This document shows, piece by piece, positions 26,339-39,900 of a stretch of 64,000 bases of DNA. The notes beneath the pieces are model-generated. The model was not told the DNA's origin, made no database searches, and worked only from the letters and a program-made list of their open reading frames with translations. How positions within the stretch are numbered: position 1 is the stretch's first letter; every line of letters starts with the position of its first letter. A program made the position numbers and the translations under genes. Source of the stretch: Eledone cirrhosa (lineage: Eukaryota); NCBI GenBank assembly GCA_964016885.1, contig OZ024747.1, positions 26,350,001-26,414,000 of the forward strand, written 5' to 3'.

Positions 26339-28312
26339 AAATATATTGTTATAAGGCTCAAATATTCAAATATTCAACTTTGTATTGTACACTGTATATC
26401 CAAAAAAAAAAATGGCTATAAATGGAAGAAGAACCCCTCCCCTCCTCTCCTCTGGCTACACTATATAGGACAGCTAAACTCACCAACACCAGAAACTAGA
26501 TACACCACCCACCCCATCATCTGTGTACACTAAACACAACAGCCAGATAACGACACATTTTCACCTTCACCGCCACCGCTCACTACGGCCATCATTACCA
26601 CCACTATCCCATCACCGCCGCCACCACCCCTTGACTCCGCTACAGCACCATCACTACAGTAATACGGTCACATCACCGCCACCACTGCCTCGGTATCGAC
26701 ATCACCACCACCACTGTCTCAGTATCGCTAACGCCGCCAGTCTCCCACTTCCCTGCTGGCTGCCACTTCCACATTATAGAATTCCTACTACTAACAAAGA
26801 GGAAGGCATCAAAATATATAGATAGACCCAAAAGAAAAAAGAAAAAACAAACAACAAAACCAAAGCAGCACAGCAACAACAGCAAAAAACGAGAAAAACA
26901 AACAGAGAAAAACAAAAACAAAAAAAAGAAACCCCAAAAACGTAAAGAAAATATATTGTTATAAGGCTCAAAACGTAAAGAAAATATATTGTTATAAGGC
27001 TCAAAACGTAAAGAAAATATATTGTTATAAGGCTCAAATATTCAAATATTCAACTTTGTATTGTACACTGTATATCCAAAAAAAAAAAAAAATGGCTATA
27101 AATGGAAGAAGAACCCCTCCCCTCCTCTCCTCTGGCTACACTATATAGGACAGCTAAACTCACCAACACCAGAAACTAGATACACCACCCACCCCATCAT
27201 CTGTGTACACTAAACACAACAGCCAGATAACGACACATTTTCACCTTCACCGCCACCGCTCACTACGGCCATCATTACCACCACTATCCCATCACCGCCG
27301 CCACCACCCCTTGACTCCGCTACAGCACCATCACTACAGTAATACGGTCACATCACCGCCACCACTGCCTCGGTATCGACATCACCACCACCACTGTCTC
27401 AGTATCGCTAACGCCGCCAGTCTCCCACTTCCCTGCTGGCTGCTACTTCCACATTATAGAATTCCTACTACTAACAAAGAGGAAGGCATCAAAATATATA
27501 GATAGACCCAAAAGAAAAAAGAAAAAACAAACAACAAAACCAAAGCAGCACAGCAACAACAGCAAAAAACGAGAAAAACAAACAGAGAAAAACAAAAACA
27601 AAAAAAAGAAACCCCAAAAACGTAAAGAAAATATATTGTTATAAGGCTCAAAACGTAAAGAAAATATATTGTTATAAGGCTCAAAACGTAAAGAAAATAT
27701 ATTGTTATAAGGCTCAAATATTCAAATATTCAACTTTGTATTGTACACTGTATATCCAAAAAAAAAAAAAAAATGGCTATAAATGGAAGAAGAACCCCTC
27801 CCCTCCTCTCCTCTGGCTACACTATATAGGACAGCTAAACTCACCAACACCAGAAACTAGATACACCACCCACCCCATCATCTGTGTACACTAAACACAA
27901 CAGCCAGATAACGACACATTTTCACCTTCACCGCCACCGCTCACTACGGCCATCATTACCACCACTATCCCATCACCGCCGCCACCACCCCTTGACTCCG
28001 CTACAGCACCATCACTACAGTAATACGGTCACATCACCGCCACCACTGCCTCGGTATCGACATCACCACCACCACTGTCTCAGTATCGCTAACGCCGCCA
28101 GTCTCCCACTTCCCTGCTGGCTGCTACTTCCACATTATAGAATTCCTACTACTAACAAAGAGGAAGGCATCAAAATATATAGATAGACCCAAAAGAAAAA
28201 AGAAAAAACAAACAACAAAACCAAAGCAGCACAGCAACAACAGCAAAAAACGAGAAAAACAAACAGAGAAAAACAAAAACAAAAAAAAGAAACCCCAAAA
28301 ACGTAAAGAAAA
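26339..28312. repeat. ~680-bp tandem triplication within the A3 leader, with a 33-bp sub-repeat at the joins
   Basis: Near-identical segments offset by 680/681 bp (26523, 27203, 27884). aaaacgtaaagaaaatatattgttataaggctc is reiterated at the joins. Confidence 0.92.
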
Positions 28313-28616
28313 TAAGAGTGAAGAGAGAAGCAGGCGGACGGACAGAGAAGAGGGGGGAAAAAGTAAAACTTAAAAAACTAAAACTAAGTCAGACATTCGA
28401 ACACTACATTACAATGAAACTTATGCTTATTCATTTCTGGGGCCCTTTCTGCCTGTGTGTTTGTTTGTTTATGTGTGTTCGTATACAGCGTGGTGATAAT
28501 GCCACACAAGGGCCAAGTGGGATGGCGGATCCACAGATGGCTATGTAAACATACATTCGCCAATCCTCGATAAGAGTGTTTAAATATCGAACATAAACAG
28601 TTCGAATAACGGTGAA

Positions 28617-31600
28617 ATGGAGACTAGAACGTCATGTGACAGACTCTCACCCAACAGGTGCCCCCTGGCTCAGCAGCAGGAACCTGACTGTCAACCAAAT
28701 ACTGCTGATGTTGGAGGAAGGAGAAGAAGGAAAGGGGCCAGAACCAACTGGACGAAAGAATTGAATAGAACTGTTATGCAATGCTACCTGAAAAGTAACC
28801 CCAAGGAGAGGGGCTACAGGAGACGGATGCATAACATCTGGAACGAGATTGGTTTATTTAAATTAGATGAACAAAAATTGGCCGGGCAGGCTCGGGTAAT
28901 AAGAACTAATGGGTGGATAAGCGAGCTGGAACTGAAGGAACTGAGCAGAGAGAATGGCTTGGAGATGGCGGGTGTAGTATGCCAGACAAGCGAGCCGGTG
29001 GGAAATGAAGGTGAGGAGGTCCTGAGAACGGAGGAACCACCCGAAGCAGACAATGATCTGAGTACTGAGATAAATAATACCTGGAACAGAGATACGGCCA
29101 CTGAGGAGATGAATGCTGACGGGCTAGGACAAGATTCGGTTGACATCCTAAATTTAGTGGTAGATGAATTGAACAATGATAGTGGGAGACCTATGAACCT
29201 AAGATTTGTAGACAGGAAAAAGTTAAAAGAAACAACAGCTAAGGTAAACAAAGTCATCCCATACCTTGAGGCGAGGAGCCTTCACCAGTGCAACAATATC
29301 CTCAGAGCAACAGCAAATACGGTGAGGAAACTACTTGGTATAAAAGCGAGAGGAAACAACAGACAAGAAAGAGCAGAGCCGTGGTGGAAGAAGCGACTGA
29401 GTGGGCAAATCGGGGAAATGAGAAATGACATAGGAAAGCTTGAGTCACTACTGAATGGGACACTAAAAAACATAGGCACTAAAAATAGACTGGAAATAAA
29501 ATACAAAACTAGGAGTAAAAAGCTAAATATTATCATAGAGGAATTGAAGCAACGCATTGTAGCAAAGAGTGCAAAAATCAGGCGATACGAGAACAGAGTC
29601 AGCCAGTATAAACAGAACCGCATGTTCGACAACAACCAGAAGATGCTGTTTGGACAGCTTGAGGGCAAAGAAAGAGGCAACGACTTGATCCCTGGGGCGG
29701 AGCAAACTAAAACATTCTGGAGAGGAATATGGGAGCAGGATGTTAGACACAATGCCCAGGCAGGGTGGATTGAGACAGTACAGAGGGAGATCGGTGAGCA
29801 GGCACAGCAACAGACTGATTTGAGTATCACAGTTGAAACTCTTAAGGGGCAAGCCAAAAAACTAACCAACTGGAAATCACCAGGCCCAGATGGTGTGCAG
29901 GGGTATTGGATTAAACATCTAACATCCCTCCACCCGAAGCTGACGGCCATGTTCAATGACTGCTTGGTGTCGGGTGAGGTGCCAGAGTGGTTGACAAAAG
30001 GTACCACAGTTCTGATAATGAAAGACCGAATCAAGGGTAATGATGCTACCAACTATAGACCTATCACATGTCTGCCCGTAATGTGGAAACTGTTGACGAG
30101 CATTGTGTCTGAGGAAATCTACCATCACCTCCACACAAACAACTTGTTACCGGACGAACAGAAAGGATGCCGAAAGAAGTCACGTGGTACAAAGGACCAG
30201 TTGCTTATTGATAAGATAGTAATGGGGAATTGCAGGAGGAGACACACTGATCTTGCCATGGGATGGATAGACTACAGAAAGGCATTTGACATGGTGCCTC
30301 ATTCCTGGATCACCAAAAGCCTGGAGATCTTCAGGGTGGCAGATAACATCAGACAGTTGCTAGGCAGGAGTATGGGGTCCTGGGAGACAGAGTTGACATC
30401 AACTGGAGTATCCTTGGGAAGCGTGAAGATCAAGAGAGGTATCTTCCAGGGAGATAGCCTGTCCCCTCTGTTGTTTGTCCTTGCCCTGATGCCCTTGACC
30501 ATTATGCTGCGAAAAGTGAGAGCAGGATACAAGTTGGGAAGGGGAGAGCTTACCATCAATCACCTCCTCTTCATGGACGATCTTAAGCTCTTCGGGAAAA
30601 GTGAGAAGGAGTTGGATGTGCTTGTTGACACTGTCCGTATTTTCAGCAGTGATATATGTATGCAGTTTGGTATTGGTAAATGTGGAGTCATTGTGATGAA
30701 GAGGGGTAGGTTGAGCAGAAGTAACGGGATCCAGATACCAACAGGTGAGATGATAAAGGAAATTGACTCTGAGGAAGGATACAAGTATTTGGGCGTTCTG
30801 GAGGCTGATGGCATAAAGAACAAAAAAATGAAGGAATTGTTAAGAACTGAATACATTCGGAGAGTAAGGAGCGTATTGAAGTCACATCTGAACAGCAGAA
30901 ATGCCATAAGCGCAGTAAATTCCCGAGCTGTGTCTATTATTAGGTACAGTGCGGGAATTCTGAGATGGAATGTTGCTGAACAGAAAGAAATGGATAGGAA
31001 GACTAGGAAGCTATTGACTATCTACAACATGTTCCACAAGAGGAGTGATGTCGATAGACTCTACCTAAGGAGATCTGAGGGTGGAAGAGGTCTTATCAGC
31101 ATAGAGGACTGTGTTCAGATGGAGAAAAACAACCTATACAAATACGTGACCTATAGTAAGGAGCCAATGCTCAGAGCTGTACTGAAGGAGGAGACAGTAG
31201 GCCAGGGGATGTCCAGGGAGGAAATAACATCAAGGAGGAAGAGCAGCCTTAAGGGAAAACCCCTTCATAGTACCTTCTTTGAGAAAACTGAATTTAGAGA
31301 TCCACAGACATGGAACTGGTTGAGAAGAGGAGACCTCAAAAAGGCTACAGAAGGAATGCTAATGGCTGCGCAGGAGCAGGCCCTCAAAACGAAGTGGTTG
31401 AAGCACCATATCTACAAGGAGGAGGCCAGCCCACTGTGCAGGATCTGTGGAGAGAGAGAGGAGACTGTGGCTCACATTGTGTCCGAGTGTAAACACCTAG
31501 CCCAGACCCACTATAAGGGCTGGAGACACGATGTGATGGGCAGGGTGATCCACTGGCACCTGTGCAAAGTAAACAATCTACCACATTCTGAGAAATGGTA

Positions 31601-32009
31601 TGAGCATAGGCCAGAGGCGGTGATGGAGAACAATCAGGTGAAGGTGCTGTGGGATTTTAGGATACAGACGGACAAAAAACTGGAACACAATAGACCTGAC
31701 CTGGTGGTTGTGGACAAAGAAAAAAGATCGTGCCTGATTGTGGATGTGGCCTGCCCGTTCGACACGAGAGTGCAAGAGAAGGAGAGGGAGAAAATTAACC
31801 GATACCAGGACCTAAAGTGGGAGGTGAAAAGGATTTGGAACTGCCATGAAGTCAAAGTGATCCCGATTGTCATAGGCGCACTGGGGACTATCTCCAAAAG
31901 TTTCCAGGGATGGTTAAAGAAAATCGGCCACTTCACGCTCTTTGGAACGCTTCAAAAGGCATGCTTGCTTGGAACAGCAAGAACCCTCCGATACGTCCTG
32001 AATATCTGA
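28617..32009 (+). CDS. Intact 1130-aa R4/Dong-type retrotransposon protein (myb-like N-terminus, RT, CCHC finger, restriction-like endonuclease)
   Basis: WTKELN..MQCY N-terminal motif; KSPGPDG, YRPITCL, IDYRKAFDMVPH, GIFQGDSLSP, HLLFMDD, YKYLG; CRIC..ETVAH...EC; RHD...RPDLVVVD...DVACP...K..RY. Confidence 0.95.
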   Translation: METRTSCDRLSPNRCPLAQQQEPDCQPNTADVGGRRRRKGARTNWTKELNRTVMQCYLKSNPKERGYRRRMHNIWNEIGLFKLDEQKLAGQARVIRTNGWISELELKELSRENGLEMAGVVCQTSEPVGNEGEEVLRTEEPPEADNDLSTEINNTWNRDTATEEMNADGLGQDSVDILNLVVDELNNDSGRPMNLRFVDRKKLKETTAKVNKVIPYLEARSLHQCNNILRATANTVRKLLGIKARGNNRQERAEPWWKKRLSGQIGEMRNDIGKLESLLNGTLKNIGTKNRLEIKYKTRSKKLNIIIEELKQRIVAKSAKIRRYENRVSQYKQNRMFDNNQKMLFGQLEGKERGNDLIPGAEQTKTFWRGIWEQDVRHNAQAGWIETVQREIGEQAQQQTDLSITVETLKGQAKKLTNWKSPGPDGVQGYWIKHLTSLHPKLTAMFNDCLVSGEVPEWLTKGTTVLIMKDRIKGNDATNYRPITCLPVMWKLLTSIVSEEIYHHLHTNNLLPDEQKGCRKKSRGTKDQLLIDKIVMGNCRRRHTDLAMGWIDYRKAFDMVPHSWITKSLEIFRVADNIRQLLGRSMGSWETELTSTGVSLGSVKIKRGIFQGDSLSPLLFVLALMPLTIMLRKVRAGYKLGRGELTINHLLFMDDLKLFGKSEKELDVLVDTVRIFSSDICMQFGIGKCGVIVMKRGRLSRSNGIQIPTGEMIKEIDSEEGYKYLGVLEADGIKNKKMKELLRTEYIRRVRSVLKSHLNSRNAISAVNSRAVSIIRYSAGILRWNVAEQKEMDRKTRKLLTIYNMFHKRSDVDRLYLRRSEGGRGLISIEDCVQMEKNNLYKYVTYSKEPMLRAVLKEETVGQGMSREEITSRRKSSLKGKPLHSTFFEKTEFRDPQTWNWLRRGDLKKATEGMLMAAQEQALKTKWLKHHIYKEEASPLCRICGEREETVAHIVSECKHLAQTHYKGWRHDVMGRVIHWHLCKVNNLPHSEKWYEHRPEAVMENNQVKVLWDFRIQTDKKLEHNRPDLVVVDKEKRSCLIVDVACPFDTRVQEKEREKINRYQDLKWEVKRIWNCHEVKVIPIVIGALGTISKSFQGWLKKIGHFTLFGTLQKACLLGTARTLRYVLNI

Positions 32010-32083
32010 GGCTGCAGGTAGTGGCTTGATATTCAATCCAACGGACTTTCCAGTTAACCAACATCAATGACTGAGATTCAAGG

Positions 32084-32095
32084 AATAACAATAAC

Positions 32096-32185
<90 letters not shown>

Positions 32186-32274
32186 AAGAAGAAGAAGAAG
32201 AAGAAGAAGAAGAAGAAGAAGAAGAAGAAGAAGAAGAAGAAGAAGAAGAAGAAGAAGAAGAAGAAGAAGAAGAA
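32084..32274. repeat. Compound tail (TAA)n then (GAA)39
   Basis: TAA run to 32157 and GAA run 32158-32274. A similar tract lies at 36824-36957. Confidence 0.95.
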
Positions 32275-35200
32275 GGGAAGAAGACGCACGGGGTGACGGA
32301 GGTCATGAAATCGCTCCCGTAAGTTTTGAATTTTTAACATATTTAAATCATTTGTGAAATAACAACTCTTAGTACAAATGCTACGTAAAGCACCCGGCTT
32401 GAGCCCCAAAAAATTCGGACCCAAAATATATTGTTATAAGGCTCAAATATTCAAATATTCAACTTTGTATTGTACACTGTATATCCAAAAAAGAAAATGT
32501 CTATAAATGGAAGAAGAAGAACCCCCCCCCCTCCTCTCCTCTGGCTACACTATATAGGACAGCTAAACTCACCAACACCAGAAACTAGATACACCACCCA
32601 CCCCATCATCTGTGTACACTAAACACAACAGCCAGATAACGACATTTTCACCTTCACCGCCACCGCTCACTACGGCCATCATTACCACCACTATCCCATC
32701 ACCGCCGCCACCACCCCTTGACTCCTTCACTACTGCCACCGCTACAGCACCATCACTACAGTAATACGGTCACATCACCGCCACCACTGCCTCGGTATCG
32801 ACATCACCACCACCACTGTCTCAGTATCGCTACCGCCGCCAGTCTCCCACTTCCCCCTGCTGGCTGCTACTTCCACATTATAGAATTCCTACTACTAACA
32901 AAGAGGAAGGCATCAAAATATATAGATAGACTCAAAAGAAAAAAGAAAAAACAAACAACAAAACCAAAGCAGCACAGCAACAACAGCAAAAACGAGAAAA
33001 ACAAACAGAGAAAAACAAAAACAAAAAAAAAACCCCAAAAAACGTAAAGAAAATAAGAATGAAGAGAGAAGCAGGCGGACGGACAGAGAAGAGGGGGAAA
33101 AAGTAAAACTTAAAAAACAAAAACTAAGTCAGACATTCGAATACTACATTACAATGAAACTTATGCTTATTCATTTTTGGGGCCCTTTCTGCCTGTGTGT
33201 TTGTTTGTTTATGTGTGTTCGTATACAGCGTGGCGATAATGCCACACAAGGGCCAAGTGGGATGGCGGATCCACAGATGGCTATGTAACTATACATTCGC
33301 CAATCCTCGATAAGAGTGTTTAAATATCGAACATAAACAGTTCGAATAACGGTGAAATGGAGACTAGAACGTCATGTGACAGACTCTCACCCAACAGGTG
33401 CCCCCTGGCTCAGCAGCAGGAACCTGACTGTCAACCAAATACTGCTGATGTTGGAGGAAGAAGAAGAAGGAAAGGGGCCAGAACCAACTGGACGAAAGAA
33501 TTGAATAGAACTGTTATGCAATGCTACCTGAAAAGAAACCCCAAGGAGAGGGGCTACAGGGGACGGATGCATAACATCTGGAACGAGATTGGTTTATTTA
33601 AATTAGATGAACAAAAATTGGCCGGGCAGGCTCGGGTAATAAGAACTAATGGGTGGATAAGCGAGCTGGAACTGGAGGAACTGAGCAGAGAGAATGGCTT
33701 GGAGATGGCGGGTGTAGTATGCCAGACAAGCGAGCCGGTGGGAAATGAAGGTGAAGAGGTCCTGAGAACGGAGGAACCACCCGAAGCAGACAATGATCTG
33801 AATACTGAGATAAATAATACCTGGAACAGAGATACGGCCACTGAGGAGATGAATGCTGACGGGCTAGGACAAGATTCGGTTGACATCCTAAATTTAGTGG
33901 TAGATGAATTGAACAATGATAGTGGGAGACCTATGAACCTAAGATTTGTAGACAGGAAAAAGTTAAAAGAAACAACACCTAAGGTAAACAAAGTCATCCC
34001 ATACCTTGAGGCGAGGAGCCTTCACCAGTGCAACAATATCCTCAAAGAAACAGCAAATACGGTGAGGAAACTACTTGGTATAAAAGCGAGAGGAAACAAC
34101 AGACAAGAAAGAGCAGAGCCGTGGTGGAAGAAGCGACTGAGTGGGCAAATCGGGGAAATGAGAAATGACATAGGAAAGCTTGAGTCACTACTGAATGGGA
34201 CACTAAAAAACATAGGCACTAAAAATAGACTGGAAATAAAATACAAAACTAGGAGTAAAAAGCTAAATATTATCATAGAGGAATTGAAGCAACGCATTGT
34301 AGCAAAGAGTGCCAAAATCAGGCGATACGAGAACAGAGTCAGTCAGTATAAACAGAACCGCATGTTCGACAACAACCAGAAGATGCTGTTTGGACAGCTT
34401 GAGGGGAAAGAAAGAGGCAACGACTTGATCCCTGGGGCGGAACAAGCTAAAACATTCTGGAGAGGAATATGGGAGCAGGATGTTAGACACAATGCCCAGG
34501 CAGGGTGGATTGAGACAGTACAGAGGGAGATCGGTGAGCAGGCACAACAACAGACTGATTTGAGTATCACAGTTGAAACTCTTAAGGGGCAAGCCAAAAA
34601 GCTAACCAACTGGAAATCACCAGGCCCAGATGGTGTGCAGGGGTATTGGATTAAACATCTAACATCCCTCCACCCGAAGCTGACGGCCATGTTCAATGAC
34701 TGCTTGGTGTCGGGTGAGGTGCCAGAGTGGTTGACAAAAGGTACCACAGTTCTGATAATGAAAGACCGAATCAAGGGTAATGATGCTACCAACTATAGAC
34801 CTATCACATGTCTGCCCGTAATGTGGAAACTGTTGACGAGCATTGTGTCTGAGGAAATCTACCATCACCTCCACACAAACAACTTGTTACCGGACGAACA
34901 GAAAGGATGCCGAAAGAAGTCACGTGGTACAAAGGACCAGTTGCTTATTGATAAGATGGTAATGGGGAATTGCAGGAGGAGACACACTGATCTTGCCATG
35001 GGATGGATAGACTACAGAAAGGCATTTGACATGGTGCCTCATTCCTGGATCACCAAAAGCCTGGAGATCTTCAGGGTGGCAGATAACATCAGACAGTTGC
35101 TAGGCAGGAGTATGGGGTCCTGGGAGACAGAGTTGACATCAACTTGAGTATCCTTGGGAAGCGTGAAGATCAAGAGAGGTATCTTCCAGGGAGATAGCCT

Positions 35201-36823
35201 GTCCCCTCTGTTGTTTGTCCTTGCCCTGATGCCCTTGACCATTATGCTGCGAAAAGTGAGAGCAGGATACAAGTTGGGAAGGGGAGAGCTTACCATCAAT
35301 CACCTCCTCTTCATGGACGATCTTAAGCTCTTCGGGAAAAGTGAGAAGGAGTTGGATGTGCTTGTTGACACTGTCCGTATTTTCAGCAGTGATATATGTA
35401 TGCAGTTTGGTATTGGTAAATGTGGAGTCATTGTGATGAAGAGGGGTAGGTTGAGCAGAAGTAACGGGATCCAGATACCAACAGGTGAGATGATAAAGGA
35501 AATTGACTCTGAGGAAGGATACAAGTATTTGGGCGTTCTGGAGGCTGATGGCATAAAGAACAAAAAAATGAAGGAATTGTTAAGAACTGAATACATTCGG
35601 AGAGTAAGGAGCGTATTGAAGTCACATCTGAACAGCAGAAATGCCATAAGCGCAGTAAATTCCCGAGCTGTGTCTATTATTAGGTACAGTGCGGGAATTC
35701 TGAGATGGAATGTTGCTGAACAGAAAGAAATGGATAGGAAGACTAGGAAGCTATTGACTATCTACAACATGTTCCACAAGAGGAGTGATGTCGATAGACT
35801 CTACCTAAGGAGATCTGAGGGTGGAAGAGGTCTTATCAGCATAGAGGACTGTGTTCAGATGGAGAAAAACAACCTATACAAATACGTGACCTATAGTAAG
35901 GAGCCAATGCTCAGAGCTGTACTGAAGGAGGAGACAGTAGGCCAGGGGATGTCCAGGGAGGAAATAACATCAAGGAGGAAGAGCAGCCTTAAGGGAAAAC
36001 CCCTTCATAGTACCTTCTTTGAGAAAACTGAATTTAGAGATCCACAGACATGGAACTGGTTGAGAAGAGGAGACCTCAAAAAGGCTACAGAAGGAATGCT
36101 AATGGCTGCGCAGGAGCAGGCCCTCAAAACGAAGTGGTTGAAGCACCATATCTACAAGGAGGAGGCCAGCCCACTGTGCAGGATCTGTGGAGAGAGAGAG
36201 GAGACTGTGGCTCACATTGTGTCCGAGTGTAAACACCTAGCCCAGACCCACTATAAGGGCTGGAGACACGATGTGATGGGCAGGGTGATCCACTGGCACC
36301 TGTGCAAAGTAAACAATCTACCACATTCTGAGAAATGGTATGAGCATAGGCCAGAGGCGGTGATGGAGAACAATCAGGTGAAGGTGCTGTGGGATTTTAG
36401 GATACAGACGGACAAAAAACTGGAACACAATAGACCTGACCTGGTGGTTGTGGACAAAGAAAAAAGATCGTGCCTGATTGTGGATGTGGCCTGCCCGTTC
36501 GACACGAGAGTGCAAGAGAAGGAGAGGGAGAAAATTAACCGATACCAGGACCTAAAGTGGGAGGTGAAAAGGATTTGGAACTGCCATGAAGTCAAAGTGA
36601 TCCCGATTGTCATAGGCGCACTGGGGACTATCTCCAAAAGTTTCCAGGGATGGTTAAAGAAAATCGGCCCCTTCACGCTTTTTGGAACGCTTCAAAAGGC
36701 ATGCTTGCTTGGAACAGCAAGAACCCTCCGATACGTCCTGAATATCTGAGGCTGCAGGTAGTGGCTTGATATTCAATCCAACGGACTTTCCAGTTAACCA
36801 ACATCAATGACTGAGATTCAAGG
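32275..36823 (+). mobile_element. Family A copy A4, full length, nonsense mutation at 35145-35147
   Basis: ORF 33357-36749 is interrupted by GGA->TGA. Otherwise colinear with A3. Confidence 0.93.
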
Positions 36824-36864
36824 AATAACAATAACAATAATAATAATAATAATAATAAGAAGAA

Positions 36865-36895
<31 letters not shown>

Positions 36896-36957
36896 AAGAA
36901 GAAGAAGAAGAAGAAGAAGAAGAAGAAGAAGAAGAAGAAGAAGAAGAAGAAGAAGAA

Positions 36958-39900
36958 GGGAAGAAGACGCACGGGGTGACGGAGGTCATGAAATCGCTCC
37001 CGTAAGTTTTGAATTTTTAACATATTTAAATCATTTGTGAAATAACAACTCTTAGTACAAATGCTACGTAAAGCACCCGGCTTGAGCCCCAAAAAATTCG
37101 GACCCAAAATATATTGTTATAAGGCTCAAATATTCAAATATTCAACTTTGTATTGTACACTGTATATCCAAAAAAGAAAATGGCTATAAATGGAAGAAGA
37201 AGAACCCCCCCCCCCCTCCTCTCCTCTGGCTACACTATATAGGACAGCTAAACTCACCAACACCAGAAACTAGATACACCACCCACCCCATCATCTGTGT
37301 ACACTAAACACAACAGCCAGATAACGACATTTTCACCTTCACCGCCACCGCTCACTACGGCCATCATTACCACCACTATCCCATCACCGCCGCCACCACC
37401 CCTTGACTCCTTCACTACTGCCACCGCTACAGCACCATCACTACAGTAATACGGTCACATCACCGCCACCACTGCCTCGGTATCGACATCACCACCACCA
37501 CTGTCTCAGTATCGCTACCGCCGCCAGTCTCCCACTTCCCCCTGCTGGCTGCTACTTCCACATTATAGAATTCCTACTACTAACAAAGAGGAAGGCATCA
37601 AAATATATAGATAGACTCAAAAGAAAAAAGAAAAAACAAACAACAAAACCAAAGCAGCACAGCAACAACAGCAAAAACGAGAAAAACAAACAGAGAAAAA
37701 CAAAAACAAAAAAAAACCCCAAAAAAACGTAAAGAAAATAAGAATGAAGAGAGAAGCAGGCGGACGGACAGAGAAGAGGGGGAAAAAGTAAAACTTAAAA
37801 AACAAAAACTAAGTCAGACATTCGAATACTACATTACAATGAAACTTATGCTTATTCATTTTTGGTGCCCTTTCTGCCTGTGTGTTTGTTTGTTTATGTG
37901 TGTTCGTATACAGCGTGGCGATAATGCCACACAAGGGCCAAGTGGGATGGCGGATCCACAGATGGCTATGTAACTATACATTCGCCAATCCTCGATAAGA
38001 GTGTTTAAATATCGAACATAAACAGTTCGAATAACGGTGAAATGGAGACTAGAACGTCATGTGACAGACTCTCACCCAACAGGTGCCCCCTGGCTCAGCA
38101 GCAGGAACCTGACTGTCAACCAAATACTGCTGATGTTGGAGGAAGAAGAAGAAGGAAAGGGGCCAGAACCAACTGGACGAAAGAATTGAATAGAACTGTT
38201 ATGCAATGCTACCTGAAAAGTAACCCCAAGGAGAGGGGCTACAGGGGACGGATGCATAACATCTGGAACGAGATTGGTTTATTTAAATTAGATGAACAAA
38301 AATTGGCCGGGCAGGCTCGGGTAATAAGAACTAATGGGTGGATAAGCGAGCTGGAACTGGAGGAACTGAGCAGAGAGAATGGCTTGGAGATGGCGGGTGT
38401 AGTATGCCAGACAAGCGAGCCGGTGGGAAATGAAGGTGAAGAGGTCCTGAGAACGGAGGAACCACCCGAAGCAGACAATGATCTGAATACTGAGATAAAT
38501 AATACCTGGAACAGAGATACGGCCACTGAGGAGATGAATGCTGACGGGCTAGGACAAGATTCGGTTGACATCCTAAATTTAGTGGTAGATGAATTGAACA
38601 ATGATAGTGGGAGACCTATGAACCTAAGATTTGTAGACAGGAAAAAGTTAAAAGAAACAACAGCTAAGGTAAACAAAGTCATCCCATACCTTGAGGCGAG
38701 GAGCCTTCACCAGTGCAACAATATCCTCAAAGAAACAGCAAATACGGTGAGGAAACTACTTGGTATAAAAGCGAGAGGAAACAACAGACAAGAAAGAGCA
38801 GAGCCGTGGTGGAAGAAGCGACTGAGTGGGCAAATCGGGGAAATGAGAAATGACATAGGAAAGCTTGAGTCACTACTGAATGGGACACTAAAAAACATAG
38901 GCACTAAAAATAGACTGGAAATAAAATACAAAACTAGGAGTAAAAAGCTAAATATTATCATAGAGGAATTGAAGCAACGCATTGTAGCAAAGAGTGCCAA
39001 AATCAGGCGATACGAGAACAGAGTCAGTCAGTATAAACAGAACCGCATGTTCGACAACAACCAGAAGATGCTGTTTGGACAGCTTGAGGGGAAAGAAAGA
39101 GGCAACGACTTGATCCCTGGGGCGGAACAAGCTAAAACATTCTGGAGAGGAATATGGGAGCAGGATGTTAGACACAATGCCCAGGCAGGGTGGATTGAGA
39201 CAGTACAGAGGGAGATCGGTGAGCAGGCACAACAACAGACTGATTTGAGTATCACAGTTGAAACTCTTAAGGGGCAAGCCAAAAAACTAACCAACTGGAA
39301 ATCACCAGGCCCAGATGGTGTGCAGGGGTATTGGATTAAACATTTAACAACCCTCCACCCGAAGCTGACGGCCATGTTCAATGACTGCTTGGTGTCGGGT
39401 GAGGTGCCAGAGTGGTTGACAAAAGGTACCACAGTTCTGATAATGAAAGACCGAATCAAGGGTAATGATGTTACCAACTATAGACCTATCACATGTCTGC
39501 CCGTAATGTGGAAACTGTTGACGAGCATTGTGTCTGAGGAAATCTACCATCACCTCCACACAAACAACTTGTTACCGGACGAACAGAAAGGATGCCGATA
39601 GAAGTCACATGGTACAAAGGACCAGTTGCTTATTGATAAGATGGTAATGGGGAATTGCAGGAGGAGACACACTGATCTTGCCATGGGATGGATAGACTAC
39701 AGAAAGGCATTTGACATGGTGCCTCATTCCTGGATCACCAAAAGCCTGGAGATCTTCAGGGTGGCAGATAACATCAGACAGTTGCTGGGCAGGAGTATGG
39801 GGTCCTGGGAGACAGAGTTGACATCAACTGGAGTATCCTTGGGAAGCGTGAAGATCAAGAGAGGTATCTTCCAGGGAGATAGCCTGTCCCCTCTGTTGTT

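Larger units (their letters stand above)
26244..32083 (+). mobile_element. Family A copy A3 (intact ORF; leader clipped and internally triplicated)
   Basis: Leader starts about 55 bp in at aatttttaac on the (TAA)n tail of A2. Intact ORF, followed by (TAA)n(GAA)39. Confidence 0.95.
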
